From positions 1 to 33,452 of the forward strand of contig CANKOL010000014.1 of the NCBI GenBank assembly GCA_947483975.1: 33,452 nucleotides of DNA. Direction: 5' to 3'. The number at the start of each line of letters is the position of its first letter. Within the stretch, counting starts at the first letter, position 1. Source of the stretch: Sandaracinaceae bacterium (GTDB lineage Bacteria; Myxococcota_A; Polyangia; Polyangiales; JADJQN01). This document shows positions 1 through 9,221 of the stretch, one piece after another. Position numbers and translations under genes: made by a program. Under the pieces are notes generated by a model, which saw only the letters and a list, made by a program, of their open reading frames with translations, did not search any database and was not told the DNA's origin.

Positions 1-1
1 G

Positions 2-292
2 CACCTGCGCCCGCGCACGGGGCGCACGCACCAGCTGCGCGTGCACTGCGCGGCCGCGGGGCTTCCGCTGCTCGGGGACACCGCCTACGGCGGCGTCGCG
101 CGCATCACCGCGCCGAACGGGCGCGTCGTCGCGGCGCGCCGAGTGATGCTGCACTGCGCGCTCCTCGTGCTGCCATCGGTCGTCAAGCGCAGCCGCGACC
201 GCATCGTCGTCCGCGCGCCGATCCCAGCCGATATGAGCGCGGTGTGGACGGCGCTCGGCGGGGACCTCGGCGCGCTCGAACCGCCGCTTTGA
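2..292 (+). CDS. RluA/RluD-family pseudouridine synthase, C-terminal part (5' end lies outside the window)
   Basis: The frame from nt 2 reads [30 protein letters not shown]...RVMLHC, containing the family motifs [11 protein letters not shown](I/L)LGDxxYG and LH; stop at 290-292. Confidence 0.93.
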   Translation, partial: HLRPRTGRTHQLRVHCAAAGLPLLGDTAYGGVARITAPNGRVVAARRVMLHCALLVLPSVVKRSRDRIVVRAPIPADMSAVWTALGGDLGALEPPL

Positions 293-351
293 GCGGAAGT
301 CGGGCGCGACGTCGTCTTTGACTTCGCGGCGACGACTGACACCCTCGGCGG

Positions 352-2241
352 ATGTGCCGGATCGGATGTGCGTGGCTGTCGTCGTTCGCCTTGGTGTGCT
401 TGCTCGTCGCCTGCGGTTCGACCGCCGCTCCGCCAAGCGAGTCGCCCCTCGAGGCCGGGGTTCTCGACGCGGCGTTGCCTGACGGCGCTCCGCCCGACGC
501 GGGGGAGTTCGATGCAGGGGACTCTGATGCAGGGGATTACGATGCAGGGGAGTTTGATGCGGGCGATTCCGATGCGGGCGATTCCGATGCAGGGGATTTC
601 GATGCAGGGGATTTCGATGCAGGCGAGTTCGATGCCTCGACGCCGGACGCGGCCGTGCCGCCTCCTGCGCCGGAGTGCCCCGACCTCGGACTCGACCCCA
701 CAGCGGGCACGATTCACTACGTCTGTGACTGCGGTCCGTCGTCGGCGCCCGGCTGCGTGAACGGCGACGACCTCGCCGCCGGCGACGCGCCAGAGCGCCC
801 TTGGCGCACGCTCGGCAAGGCGCGCGTCGCGTTCGGCACGCTCGCAGCGGGCGACACGGTCGCGTTTTGTCGCGGCGGTTCGTTCGTCGTCGACGCCGCC
901 TCGGGCACCCGCTGGAACAACGCCAACTGCCGCGCCGATCACCCCTGCGTCGTCCGGGACTACGCTCCTCCCGGCGCCGTCGGCGCCCTCGAGCGGCCGA
1001 TCATCGAGGCGACCTCGGGCGGCAACGCATTCGCGCTCGAGGATGGCGGACCCTCCGACCACGAGGAGGGCTACGTCATCCTCAACCTGATCGTGCGTGG
1101 GATTGGGAGCGGCGTCGGTTTCTTCGTCTACAACGACATCGACGACGTCTTGCTCTGCAATCTGTCGCTCGAGGGCTTCGCGATTGGCATTCAGGTCGCC
1201 GGCTCCAACGCGGCGGGCCCGGGCAGCGACGCAGTGAATTCCCGCGTCGTCCTGCGTAATTCGACGATCCTGCGGAACAGCGAGCAGGGCTGGCTCGGCG
1301 GCTGTGAGAGCTGCGCCATTGAACATTGTCAGTTCGAGGACAACGGCTTTCGCGGCGGCGTCTTCTATCACAACATCTATCTCTCGAGCCCGAACGACCT
1401 CGTCACTCACGGGATGCGTGTGGTCGGCAATACGCTCCATCGCGCGGCCATAGTCGCCGGGCAGTGTCAGGGAGTCTCGCTCGTAGGTCACGGAAAACAC
1501 GACGATCTGCTGATCGAAGGCAACGTCGTGACCGAGGACATCGGCGCCGCCGGGCAGGGCTGTTGGGGAATCGCGATCGACTCCGGCTATGGCACCGCCG
1601 AGGCGTTTCAGCGCGTCGTGGTGCGCGGCAACACCGTGTCCAACGTGGGCAACGTCGGGATTGGCCTCAGCGCCTGTCAGGGCTGTGTCGTCGAAAATAA
1701 CGTCGTCGTTCAGGAGCAACCCTTCGACACGCACGCGATCGCGGTGCCTGATCGGGCGCGTGGTCCGGAGGACCTGCCGATGAGCGATGCCATCGTCCGC
1801 AACAACTCCATCTACTTCGGCGCGAGCTCGGGGGGCATTGGCGTGCTGCTCGGCGAGGAGGGGACGGGCTATCGCCTCGTGTCGAACGCGGTGCAGTACG
1901 CGGGCAGCGGCGCCGCCTGGCGGTGTTTTCGCTTGGGGCCCGCGGCGACTGCGTTCGCCGCCGACGACTACAACCTCTGCTCGGCGCCGGGCGCGGCGAG
2001 CACCTGGGTCGAAGGGACTGGCGACCTCGCCGCGTGGCGCTTGGCGACCGGCTTCGACCTGCACTCGCTCGTCGCTGACCCGCAGTTCGCGTCGCTGGTG
2101 GGCCCGGCGTACGACCTGCGGGCCGGGTCCTCCGCGTCACCGCTCGTCGGCAACGGCGCGCCGCTCGACTCGTCGCCGACCGACCGCGATGGGCTGTCGC
2201 GCGACGCGACGCCCGACCTCGGCGCCTACGAGCGGCGCTGA
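352..2241 (+). CDS. Secreted lipoprotein with right-handed parallel beta-helix (pectin-lyase-like) repeats and a choice-of-anchor-Q-like C-terminus
   Basis: Lipobox LLVAC; acidic DAG linker; GDxxxPWRTL...GDTVAFCRGG cap; repeated V.GN/V.NN beta-helix rungs; C-terminal DRDGLSR...PDLGAYE. Confidence 0.8.
   Translation: MCRIGCAWLSSFALVCLLVACGSTAAPPSESPLEAGVLDAALPDGAPPDAGEFDAGDSDAGDYDAGEFDAGDSDAGDSDAGDFDAGDFDAGEFDASTPDAAVPPPAPECPDLGLDPTAGTIHYVCDCGPSSAPGCVNGDDLAAGDAPERPWRTLGKARVAFGTLAAGDTVAFCRGGSFVVDAASGTRWNNANCRADHPCVVRDYAPPGAVGALERPIIEATSGGNAFALEDGGPSDHEEGYVILNLIVRGIGSGVGFFVYNDIDDVLLCNLSLEGFAIGIQVAGSNAAGPGSDAVNSRVVLRNSTILRNSEQGWLGGCESCAIEHCQFEDNGFRGGVFYHNIYLSSPNDLVTHGMRVVGNTLHRAAIVAGQCQGVSLVGHGKHDDLLIEGNVVTEDIGAAGQGCWGIAIDSGYGTAEAFQRVVVRGNTVSNVGNVGIGLSACQGCVVENNVVVQEQPFDTHAIAVPDRARGPEDLPMSDAIVRNNSIYFGASSGGIGVLLGEEGTGYRLVSNAVQYAGSGAAWRCFRLGPAATAFAADDYNLCSAPGAASTWVEGTGDLAAWRLATGFDLHSLVADPQFASLVGPAYDLRAGSSASPLVGNGAPLDSSPTDRDGLSRDATPDLGAYERR
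496..630 (+). repeat. In-frame 15-bp tandem repeat, 9 copies, encoding DAG(D/E)(F/S/Y)
   Basis: Units such as GATGCAGGGGATTTC start at 496, 511, 526, 541, 556, 571, 586, 601 and 616. Confidence 0.95.
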
Positions 2242-2269
2242 GAGGAGGCGCCGCACGCGCCGCGCCCGC

Positions 2270-3343
2270 TCAGTTCCTGGTGTCGTCGTCGTGCGGGTCG
2301 TCGACCGCGTGCACGTGCGCGCCGGACGCGGCGCCGTCGTCGCCTGCCGCGGGCGCGAGCGCGGGAAACGCCGCGTAGATCTCGGCCTCGAGCGAGTGCT
2401 GCAGCTCCTCGTCGAGCTCGGCGACGCCGCCCGCTGCGCGCTCGATGTTGTTCTGATAGACGAAGACGCGCTGCGCGCGCGGCGTCTCCTGCTCGGTGGA
2501 GAGCCCGTCGAGCAGCACGCCGAGGCGCGGGTCGACGCCGTCCGCGAGCACCTCGATGCCGGGCACGTCGGAGACGACGACGAGCGCGCCGTCGACGACG
2601 CTGCGCAGGTTCGCGTCGAGCGCGGCGAGCGCCTGCTGGACCCGCCGCTCGAACTGCTCGGCCGGCAACGCCCAAGGGGCATTGCCCTGCGCGAGATCGA
2701 GCTCTCGCGTGTGAAGAAAGGCGACCGTCGCGCCCCGGGGATCGCCCTTCGCCTCGAGCACGAGCCCGAGGTAGTAGTGCGCCTCGGCGTGCTCGGCCTC
2801 CCGCGCGATGGCCGCGCGAATGCGTGGCTCGGCGCCGTCAGGGTCGCCCGTCTCGAAGCGCGCCCGCCCGATCAGGAAGTCGAGGTTCGGGTTCTCGAAG
2901 GGGCCGTCCGGCAGCGCGGCGATCACGCGCTTGGCCGCGTCGCGGTCCCCGGCGTGCAAGAACGCGTCGAATTTCAGGAGCATCGCGTCCGCGACCTCGT
3001 CGTCGCCCTCGGAGAGCTCGAGCGCGTCCTCGATCAGCGCGAGCGCGCCCTCGTGATCGTGGAGCGGGTGGATGAGCACCTCGGCCGCGTTGAGCATCGC
3101 CTCGACGAAGGTCTCGTCGAGGTCGATCGCCTGCCGGTAGTGGTCCACGGCCTCCTCCGAGCGCCCCTCGGCCGCGAGCACATAGCCCATGAGGTTGTGG
3201 GCCTCGGGCGACTGCGCATCGAGCTCCACGGTCTTCTCTGCGGAGAGCAGCGCCCCCGCGAGATCACCCCGCGAGACGAGGTCCCAGCCGCGATCGAGAT
3301 GCGCGGCGAACTGGTCCATCGGTCCTCTGTCGCTGGTCGTCAT
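2270..3343 (-). CDS. TPR-repeat protein with a C-terminal degenerate minimal-zincin (Zincin_1-like) domain; alternative start at 3319
   Basis: TPR motifs (PEAHNLMGYVL...EAVDHYRQAIDLD; AEAHYYLGLVL). The C-terminus FERRVQQALAAL...VVSDVP...DPRLG...RVFVYQNNIER resembles Zincin_1 but has no HExxH. Confidence 0.8.
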   Translation of the reverse strand: MTTSDRGPMDQFAAHLDRGWDLVSRGDLAGALLSAEKTVELDAQSPEAHNLMGYVLAAEGRSEEAVDHYRQAIDLDETFVEAMLNAAEVLIHPLHDHEGALALIEDALELSEGDDEVADAMLLKFDAFLHAGDRDAAKRVIAALPDGPFENPNLDFLIGRARFETGDPDGAEPRIRAAIAREAEHAEAHYYLGLVLEAKGDPRGATVAFLHTRELDLAQGNAPWALPAEQFERRVQQALAALDANLRSVVDGALVVVSDVPGIEVLADGVDPRLGVLLDGLSTEQETPRAQRVFVYQNNIERAAGGVAELDEELQHSLEAEIYAAFPALAPAAGDDGAASGAHVHAVDDPHDDDTRN

Positions 3344-3487
3344 GAGCTCCTGCGGGCCCGCCGGGTGCGGCGGGGGAGCGCGAAGTTACGGCCACGCGCT
3401 CCAAGGTCAAGCAGAGCGCCTGCGCACGGTGCGGCCGAGCGCTTCGAGTTTCTGGCGACTTTCACGGCGCTTGGCTACACCGCGCAG

Positions 3488-4408
3488 ATGCGCCGCGCGC
3501 TCCTCGCCCCCGTCAGGCTGGCTCCCGTTACGGCGGCCATCGTCGCGCTGGCCATCGTCGCGGCGGGCTGCGTCGGGGAGCAGCTCCCCGATGCTGCCGT
3601 CGCCGGCTGGGGCACTCCGTCCGCGGGGCGCATCCTCGGCGGTGGGGTCTCGCTCCCCGACCGCGGGCCGGGCTACGTCCGCGCGCGCCCCGGCGAGGGG
3701 ACGCGCTACGGCACTGCCGCGTTGATCGAGGTGCTCACGCGGGCAGCCGCGGAGGTCGCGCAGCAGTTCCCCGGCACGCTCCCGATTCGCCTCGGCGACC
3801 TCTCTGGACCCGGCGGCGGGCGGCACCCACGCCACCACAGCCACCGCAGCGGGCGCGACGCGGACCTCATCTACTACGCGCTCGACGACGACGGCCGACC
3901 GACCGACGGCGCAGGGTTCTACGCGTACGACCGCTTCGGCATCGCGCGCGACGCGCGGCCCGTCGTCGACGACGTCGACGCGCCGACGCCCGCCGGACGC
4001 CCCGTGCTCCGCTACCTCGATGCGGCCCGCACTTGGGCGTACTTCCGCGTGCTGCTGCGCGACGACACCGCGCCCGTGGAGTGGATCTTCTGCTCGGCCG
4101 GCATCAAGGCGCAGGTCCTCGCCTACGCCGTCGCGCACGAGTCCGACCCCGAATTGCTCGTCCGCGCGGCCTATGTGCTGCAACAGCCGACCGATGGGCG
4201 CCCGCACGACGACCACTTCCACGTGCGCCTCGCGTGCACGGCGCACGACCTCGCGACGGGCTGCCGCGAGGTCGGCCCGATGTGGCCTTGGATGCGGCGC
4301 GAGCACGACAAGCCCGAGACGGAGGGCGGCGCGCCGATGGACGACGCGTTCCTGCTCGACGCGCTCCTGCGCGACGAACCCGGCGGTCCAACGCTCGCCG
4401 AGGAGTGA
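3488..4408 (+). CDS. mepA: Penicillin-insensitive murein endopeptidase (MepA/LAS family), probable lipoprotein
   Basis: ATG at 3488 inside the 873-aa ORF; hydrophobic signal with AAGC; GDLSGPGGG..HHSHRSGRDAD and HDDHFHVR Zn motifs. Confidence 0.85.
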   Translation: MRRALLAPVRLAPVTAAIVALAIVAAGCVGEQLPDAAVAGWGTPSAGRILGGGVSLPDRGPGYVRARPGEGTRYGTAALIEVLTRAAAEVAQQFPGTLPIRLGDLSGPGGGRHPRHHSHRSGRDADLIYYALDDDGRPTDGAGFYAYDRFGIARDARPVVDDVDAPTPAGRPVLRYLDAARTWAYFRVLLRDDTAPVEWIFCSAGIKAQVLAYAVAHESDPELLVRAAYVLQQPTDGRPHDDHFHVRLACTAHDLATGCREVGPMWPWMRREHDKPETEGGAPMDDAFLLDALLRDEPGGPTLAEE

Positions 4409-4438
4409 GCCCGCAGCGCTCCGCTCAGGGCGTCGCCT

Positions 4439-5791
4439 TCAGCCGTCGGCGAGCCACGCGAGCTGTGGCCCGGCGCGGTCGAGCAGCTTCTGAAAGAGCG
4501 TGTCCGGGTGCGACGCGTAGAACTCCGCGAGCGCCTGAAACGAGGCCTCCGCGTCGAGCACCGTCGCCCCGCCTGCGCGGTCTCCGATCGACGCGCAGAA
4601 AAAGCCGCGCTTGAGGCGCGCGCCGTCCGAACGAAAGCGCTCGTAGACAGTGTCGAACGGCTCCTCGACGAGGTTCCCGAACGACGCCCCGCTGATGCAC
4701 GCCGTCACGTTGCCGCGGATGTCCACGTTCAGCTGCCGACGGCCCGCGCCGACACAGCCCATCAATTGCTCGAGCGGGTCGAGGAACACCGTCGCTCGAT
4801 ACCCGCCCTCGCGGATCGCGCGAGCGAGGATGCGCGCCACCGGGGCGTACTCTGCGGGGCTCGCGAAGCCGCCTGTCGACGCCGCGCGTCCAGTCGCGAA
4901 CTTCGGGAGGAAGTTCACGATCAGCTTGGGGTGGATTGTCTGGATGAAACGGAGAAAGCGGTCCGCGTCCGTCGTCGTGCGGAAGCCCTCGCTGTCGACC
5001 ACGCTCGTCACCAGCGTGATGAGCCCCGCGTCGGCCGAGCAGCGCAGCGCCTCGACGGCGGCGTCGAAGGCGCGCGCGTAGCCGCGGCTGAGGTTGACCT
5101 GCTGTGCGTCGTCCGAGTCGAGGCTGACGGCGAGCGCGGTCAAACCAGCCTTCTTCAGGCGCTCGGCGCGCGCGGCGTCGAGCCCTACGCCCGACGTCGC
5201 GAGCCGGACCTCGGCGCTCGGCGCGAGGACCTCCACCAAGCGCACGACGCGCTCGAAGCGCGAGAGCGGCTCGCCGCCGCCCAGGCTGATCAGCGGGACG
5301 CCCTTCGCGATGAGCGCGCGGGCCACGGCGAGGACGCGCTCGTCGCCGAGATCCGGAGGGTTCGGCCCACCCGCCGCGGCGTAGCAGTACGTGCAGCGCG
5401 AGGGGCATGCGCCGGTCACCGCGAGGTGCGCCGCGAAGGGGCCACGGCCGGGGAGCAGCAGGCGGCGCAGGGCCTCGTCGAAGTGCGCGCCGTGGAAGTC
5501 GGGGAGCAGGAACAGCGGGTAGAACGCCTCGCCCTCGCCGAACATCCCGTCCCCGCCGAAGGTGCGCAGCGCGGCCTCGAGAAACCCAAGCCGCAGCACG
5601 CTGCGCCTGAGCCCGCGCGCGCGGCCGCGATCGGACCAGGCGCGCGCGGCGAGGTGTACCCCGAGCACGGCTCGCGTGCCGATGCGGGCGCGCGGCACAG
5701 CGAGGCGCCTCAGCGCGCCAGCGACCCGATCGGGGAGTCGCGGCGTGCTCGGCGCGCGTGCGGGCGGCGCAGCGTCGGGGACGGCGCTCAT
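4439..5791 (-). CDS. Radical SAM protein with a Twitch/SPASM-like C-terminal extension
   Basis: CPSRCTYC (CxxxCxxC), GGGEP, VSLDS; C-terminal GCVGAG..LNVDIRGNVTAC...FFC; ATGA overlap with the upstream gene. Confidence 0.9.
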   Translation of the reverse strand: MSAVPDAAPPARAPSTPRLPDRVAGALRRLAVPRARIGTRAVLGVHLAARAWSDRGRARGLRRSVLRLGFLEAALRTFGGDGMFGEGEAFYPLFLLPDFHGAHFDEALRRLLLPGRGPFAAHLAVTGACPSRCTYCYAAAGGPNPPDLGDERVLAVARALIAKGVPLISLGGGEPLSRFERVVRLVEVLAPSAEVRLATSGVGLDAARAERLKKAGLTALAVSLDSDDAQQVNLSRGYARAFDAAVEALRCSADAGLITLVTSVVDSEGFRTTTDADRFLRFIQTIHPKLIVNFLPKFATGRAASTGGFASPAEYAPVARILARAIREGGYRATVFLDPLEQLMGCVGAGRRQLNVDIRGNVTACISGASFGNLVEEPFDTVYERFRSDGARLKRGFFCASIGDRAGGATVLDAEASFQALAEFYASHPDTLFQKLLDRAGPQLAWLADG

Positions 5792-6318
5792 CGTCGGACC
5801 GGGTCTCGCGCGGGCTCACGCAGCGCGGCGCGCGGCGGCCGCAGCTGCAAGCCGCCGTAGAGCGCTTCGAGCGCAGCCTCGAGCTCGGCGCGCTCCGGCG
5901 AGCGCTCGGTCGACACTTCACCGAGCAGCGCGAACGCGTCGTCGGCGCTCGACGCGACCTTGATCAGCTGCGCGCGACCGAACACGCGCACCCCCGTGCG
6001 AATGATCGTGCGCACGACGTCGTGCCAGAGCGCATCGCCGAGCGGCACGGTGATCAGGCGTCGCGAGCGCTGCTCCACCGCGTGAAAACCGCGCTTCGCC
6101 TCGAGCACCGCGGCAGGATCGGGCGGTGCGGCGGTCGGCAGCAGAAACTGGCACGCCGCGATGGTCCCGGGAGTCCGCGCCGTCAGCGCCTGCGTCCACT
6201 CGGTCACTCGGCGGATGCGCTCGCGGCGGGCCGGCGCTTGCCACAGCGTGAGCAAGACGTCCCCCGTCGCGATGGAGGCGACCCCGTCGAAGACCTGGAC
6301 GTCGCTCTCCGCGCGCAT
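5788..6318 (-). CDS. Hypothetical protein, possibly STAS/SEC14-like small alpha/beta fold
   Basis: Natural-looking 176-aa ORF, 15 bp downstream of the lipoprotein gene, with its stop overlapping the radical SAM start; fold assignment is by pattern impression only. Confidence 0.65.
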   Translation of the reverse strand: MRAESDVQVFDGVASIATGDVLLTLWQAPARRERIRRVTEWTQALTARTPGTIAACQFLLPTAAPPDPAAVLEAKRGFHAVEQRSRRLITVPLGDALWHDVVRTIIRTGVRVFGRAQLIKVASSADDAFALLGEVSTERSPERAELEAALEALYGGLQLRPPRAALREPARDPVRR

Positions 6319-6333
6319 CAGCTCCGCCCCGCG

Positions 6334-6930
6334 CTACTCGGCGCCGGCGCCGACGAAGATCTCGCTCACGCGCCCATCGACGAACGTGAAGAACACGCCG
6401 CCGTAGACGCTGCCCGCGACGAACACCTCGCCGGGGCGCGTGCCGTTCGGATCGGCGAGCCCTGCGTAGGCCGCGCTGACCTCCGCCTCGGTGCTGCCGA
6501 GGCCGACGCCGCGCGCGCTCTGCGCCGCGAACGGGGCGCGCACGGTGAAGCTGTGCGCGGTCAGCGCGTCCGTCGGGTTCGCCGCCTCCATCACGACGGT
6601 CACGCCCGCAGCGGGCCACTCCCACGTCGACAGCGTGAGGCCCGACGCCTCCTCCATCATCGGCTCGCCCCGTGTCGTCGGCTCCCCGAGCTGCGCGACC
6701 ACGGCCGTGGCCGCGAGCCCCGTGTCGAGCGCCCCGAACGCCGTGCTGCCGACGCGCTGCACGCGGCAGTCGGAGTCCTCTGCGTCGCACGGGGCGAGCG
6801 CTGGGCCGGCGGTCTGCGCCGAGGAGCCAGCCGAGGCGCCGCCGCACGCGGCGAGCAGCAGGGGCGCCGCCGCGAGCGGCGACGCGGAGAGAAGCGCGAG
6901 TACGGTCGTGAGCTGAAGTCGGGTCGTCAT
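6334..6930 (-). CDS. Hypothetical lipoprotein (198 aa)
   Basis: ATG at 6930 overlaps the AAA+ stop (ATGA) and has GGAG upstream; signal peptide ends LLLAAC-GG. Confidence 0.8.
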   Translation of the reverse strand: MTTRLQLTTVLALLSASPLAAAPLLLAACGGASAGSSAQTAGPALAPCDAEDSDCRVQRVGSTAFGALDTGLAATAVVAQLGEPTTRGEPMMEEASGLTLSTWEWPAAGVTVVMEAANPTDALTAHSFTVRAPFAAQSARGVGLGSTEAEVSAAYAGLADPNGTRPGEVFVAGSVYGGVFFTFVDGRVSEIFVGAGAE

Positions 6931-7868
6931 GCTCTCCCCGCCTGGAGCACCTGCGCGGCTTTGTCGAGTGCGCGCTCCGCATCTTCGCGGTGTTTGACCA
7001 CGGTCGCGAGCGTCTCGCGCACGAGCGCGGCGTCGAGCCCCTGCGCGCCGAGGAGCACGAGCGCGCGCGTCCAGTCGAGCGTCTCGCTGACGCTCGGCGA
7101 CTTGCGCAGCTCGAGCGTGCGCAGCGCCTGCACGACCTCGACGATCTGCCGACTCAGCACCTCGCCCGCCTCGGGGACGTGCTGCTGCACGATGGCGAGC
7201 TCGCGGCGCGTCGTCGGGTAGTCGATGAACAGATGCAGGCAACGGCGGCGCAGCGCCTCCGTCAGCTCGCGCGTCGCGTTGCTCGTCAACACGACGAACG
7301 GCACATGCTTCGCGCGGAAGGTGCCGAGCTCGGGCACGGTCACCTGGAAGTCCGAGAGCAGCTCGAGCAGCAGCGCCTCGAACTCCGGGTCGCTGCGGTC
7401 GACCTCGTCGATCAGCAGCACGACGGGCTCGTCGCTCCGCACGGCGCGCAGCAGCGGGCGCGCGAGCAAGAAGCGCTCGTGGAAGAACGCCGCCTCCTCT
7501 GCGGCGACGCGCTCGACCGCCGCCGTGACCGTCGCCGCGCCCGACACGAGGTTGCCGAGCACATCGCGCACGAGCTGCGTGTAGAGCAATTGCTTGCCGT
7601 ACTCCCACTCGTAGAGCGCCTTCGACTCGTCGAGGCCCTCGTAGCACTGCAGGCGAACGAGCTCGCGGTTCGTCGCGCGCGCGACCGCCTTCGCGAGCTC
7701 GGTCTTGCCGACGCCCGCGGGCCCCTCGAGGAGCAGCGGCTTGCCGAGCGCGGCGGCGAGGAACGTAGCGACGGCGATCTCTCGGTCGCTGACGTAGCCC
7801 GCCGTCCCGAGGCGCGTCACCGCGTCGTCGACCGAAGAGAACGCGGCGCTCAGCGTGGTTTCAGTCAT
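6927..7868 (-). CDS. MoxR-family AAA+ ATPase, CoxD-like subfamily
   Basis: Walker A GPAGVGKT, RLQCYEGLD...ALYEW, Walker B LLIDEVDR, LTSN.TREL.EALRRRC, KSPSVSETLDW. Confidence 0.92.
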   Translation of the reverse strand: MTETTLSAAFSSVDDAVTRLGTAGYVSDREIAVATFLAAALGKPLLLEGPAGVGKTELAKAVARATNRELVRLQCYEGLDESKALYEWEYGKQLLYTQLVRDVLGNLVSGAATVTAAVERVAAEEAAFFHERFLLARPLLRAVRSDEPVVLLIDEVDRSDPEFEALLLELLSDFQVTVPELGTFRAKHVPFVVLTSNATRELTEALRRRCLHLFIDYPTTRRELAIVQQHVPEAGEVLSRQIVEVVQALRTLELRKSPSVSETLDWTRALVLLGAQGLDAALVRETLATVVKHREDAERALDKAAQVLQAGRA

Positions 7869-7902
7869 GGCGTCTCAGTCATGGCGAGTCAGTCACAGCG
7901 GC
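7861..7902. repeat. 14-bp tandem repeat, 3 copies (TCAGTCAtgGCG..), covering the intergenic gap and the AAA+ start codon
   Basis: tcagtcatggcgtc (7861), tcagtcatggcgag (7875), tcagtcacagcggc (7889). Confidence 0.85.
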
Positions 7903-9221
7903 TCAGCGTCGCACGCCGGTGAACAACACGCAGACCGACTCCGTGGCGCCGAGTTCGCCCTTTCCAGAGAGTTCGAGCAGTCCTGCGAGTCCCGAAGAGC
8001 CCGTCGGGTCGACGTCGATGGTCGTCTCCGCGCGCCCGAGCGCGTTCGCCTCGAGCAGGCGCTCCTCGCTCACGACGAGCGGATAGCCGCCGCTCTCGAG
8101 CATGCCGCGCACGATGGCGAGCCAGTCATACGTCTCGTCATCCAGGATGCCGTGGGCGACGCTCTTCGGCTCGGTCTCCCACGGCCACATGAACTCGGCG
8201 CGATGGGCGGCGGCGTACGCGAGCGCCGCCTCGACGCCGTGCTCGTCCGCGCGCGCCTTCACGCGCTCCCACGCGCGCACGAGCGGATACCCGCCCTGCG
8301 TCTGCACCGCGTGAATCTTCGGCGTCGGCACGCTCACGCCGACGCGCGCGGCGTCGCGAAACGCCTGCACGCACGCGCTCGCGAGCGCGCCGCCGCCCAC
8401 CTGCACGAAGAGCCTGTCGAGCGTGCGTCCGCCCGCGAGCAGGTCGCTGATCAGCTCCCAGCCGAGCGTCTCGCCGCCCTCGACGGTGAGCCCGTGATCG
8501 CTGCCCTGACAGCAGAAGGGCACGGCGCCCTGCGCGACCGCTCGGCGGAACGCGTGATAGCAAGGGTCGCCCGCGACGCCCTCCTCGCGCACGCAGACGT
8601 TCACGCACGCGTCGAGCGACTGGAGCTTGGCGACGACGCGCGGGTTCGCGTCAGGCGGGATGAAGACGTCGAGCGGGCGCCTCCACGCGCGCGCGATCAC
8701 CGCCGCGGCGAGCGCCGCGTTGCCGCAGCTTGCGATGGCGAGGCGCGCGTCGGCGTCGGGCAAGATGCCGAGTCGCGCCTGCACCTCGCCGAGGATGGCG
8801 AGCCCCATCAGGTGCCGCCCCTTGTGCGATCCGGAGACGTTGCGCGTCTCGTCCTTTACCCACACGCCGCCCGGCGCGGCGAGGCGGACGGCGTCCGAGA
8901 GCCCGGCGCTCCGCGTCAGCGGCGTGACGACGAAGCCGCGCTCATCGACCGCGCACACCGCGTCGTCGAGCCCGCGCACGAGCGCGACGAAGTCCGCGTC
9001 GCTCATCCCGTGCGAGAGCGCGAGCGAGTGCGCGTGCGTGAGCGCGCGATAGCGAACGAAGGGGTTCGCCTCGTCATCGTGCGGAAAGCGCACGCGCGCG
9101 GCGTCGAGCGTGCGGCCGACCACGTGGTCTCCGCCATCCCGCCCGGCGCTCGGACACCGATAGATCTCCGCCGAATCGGCCGCGAGGGCCGCGCCGCAGC
9201 CCTGACACTCGAGCGTCGACA

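Noticed and set aside
496..630. Possible CRISPR array
   Set aside because: Contiguous in-frame 15-bp units with no spacers and no cas genes.
85..2064. Long antisense or alternate-frame ORFs (e.g. 85-2064, 4508-5860, 17453-20083, 20638-22641, 22500-25490, 31114-33381)
   Set aside because: Arg/Ala-rich shadows of motif-bearing genes, expected in very high-GC DNA where stops are rare; no recognisable domains.
1787..3487. Apparent 873-aa fusion ORF ending in MepA
   Set aside because: The N-terminal part overlaps the beta-helix gene out of frame and the TPR gene in antisense; the signal peptide begins at ATG 3488.
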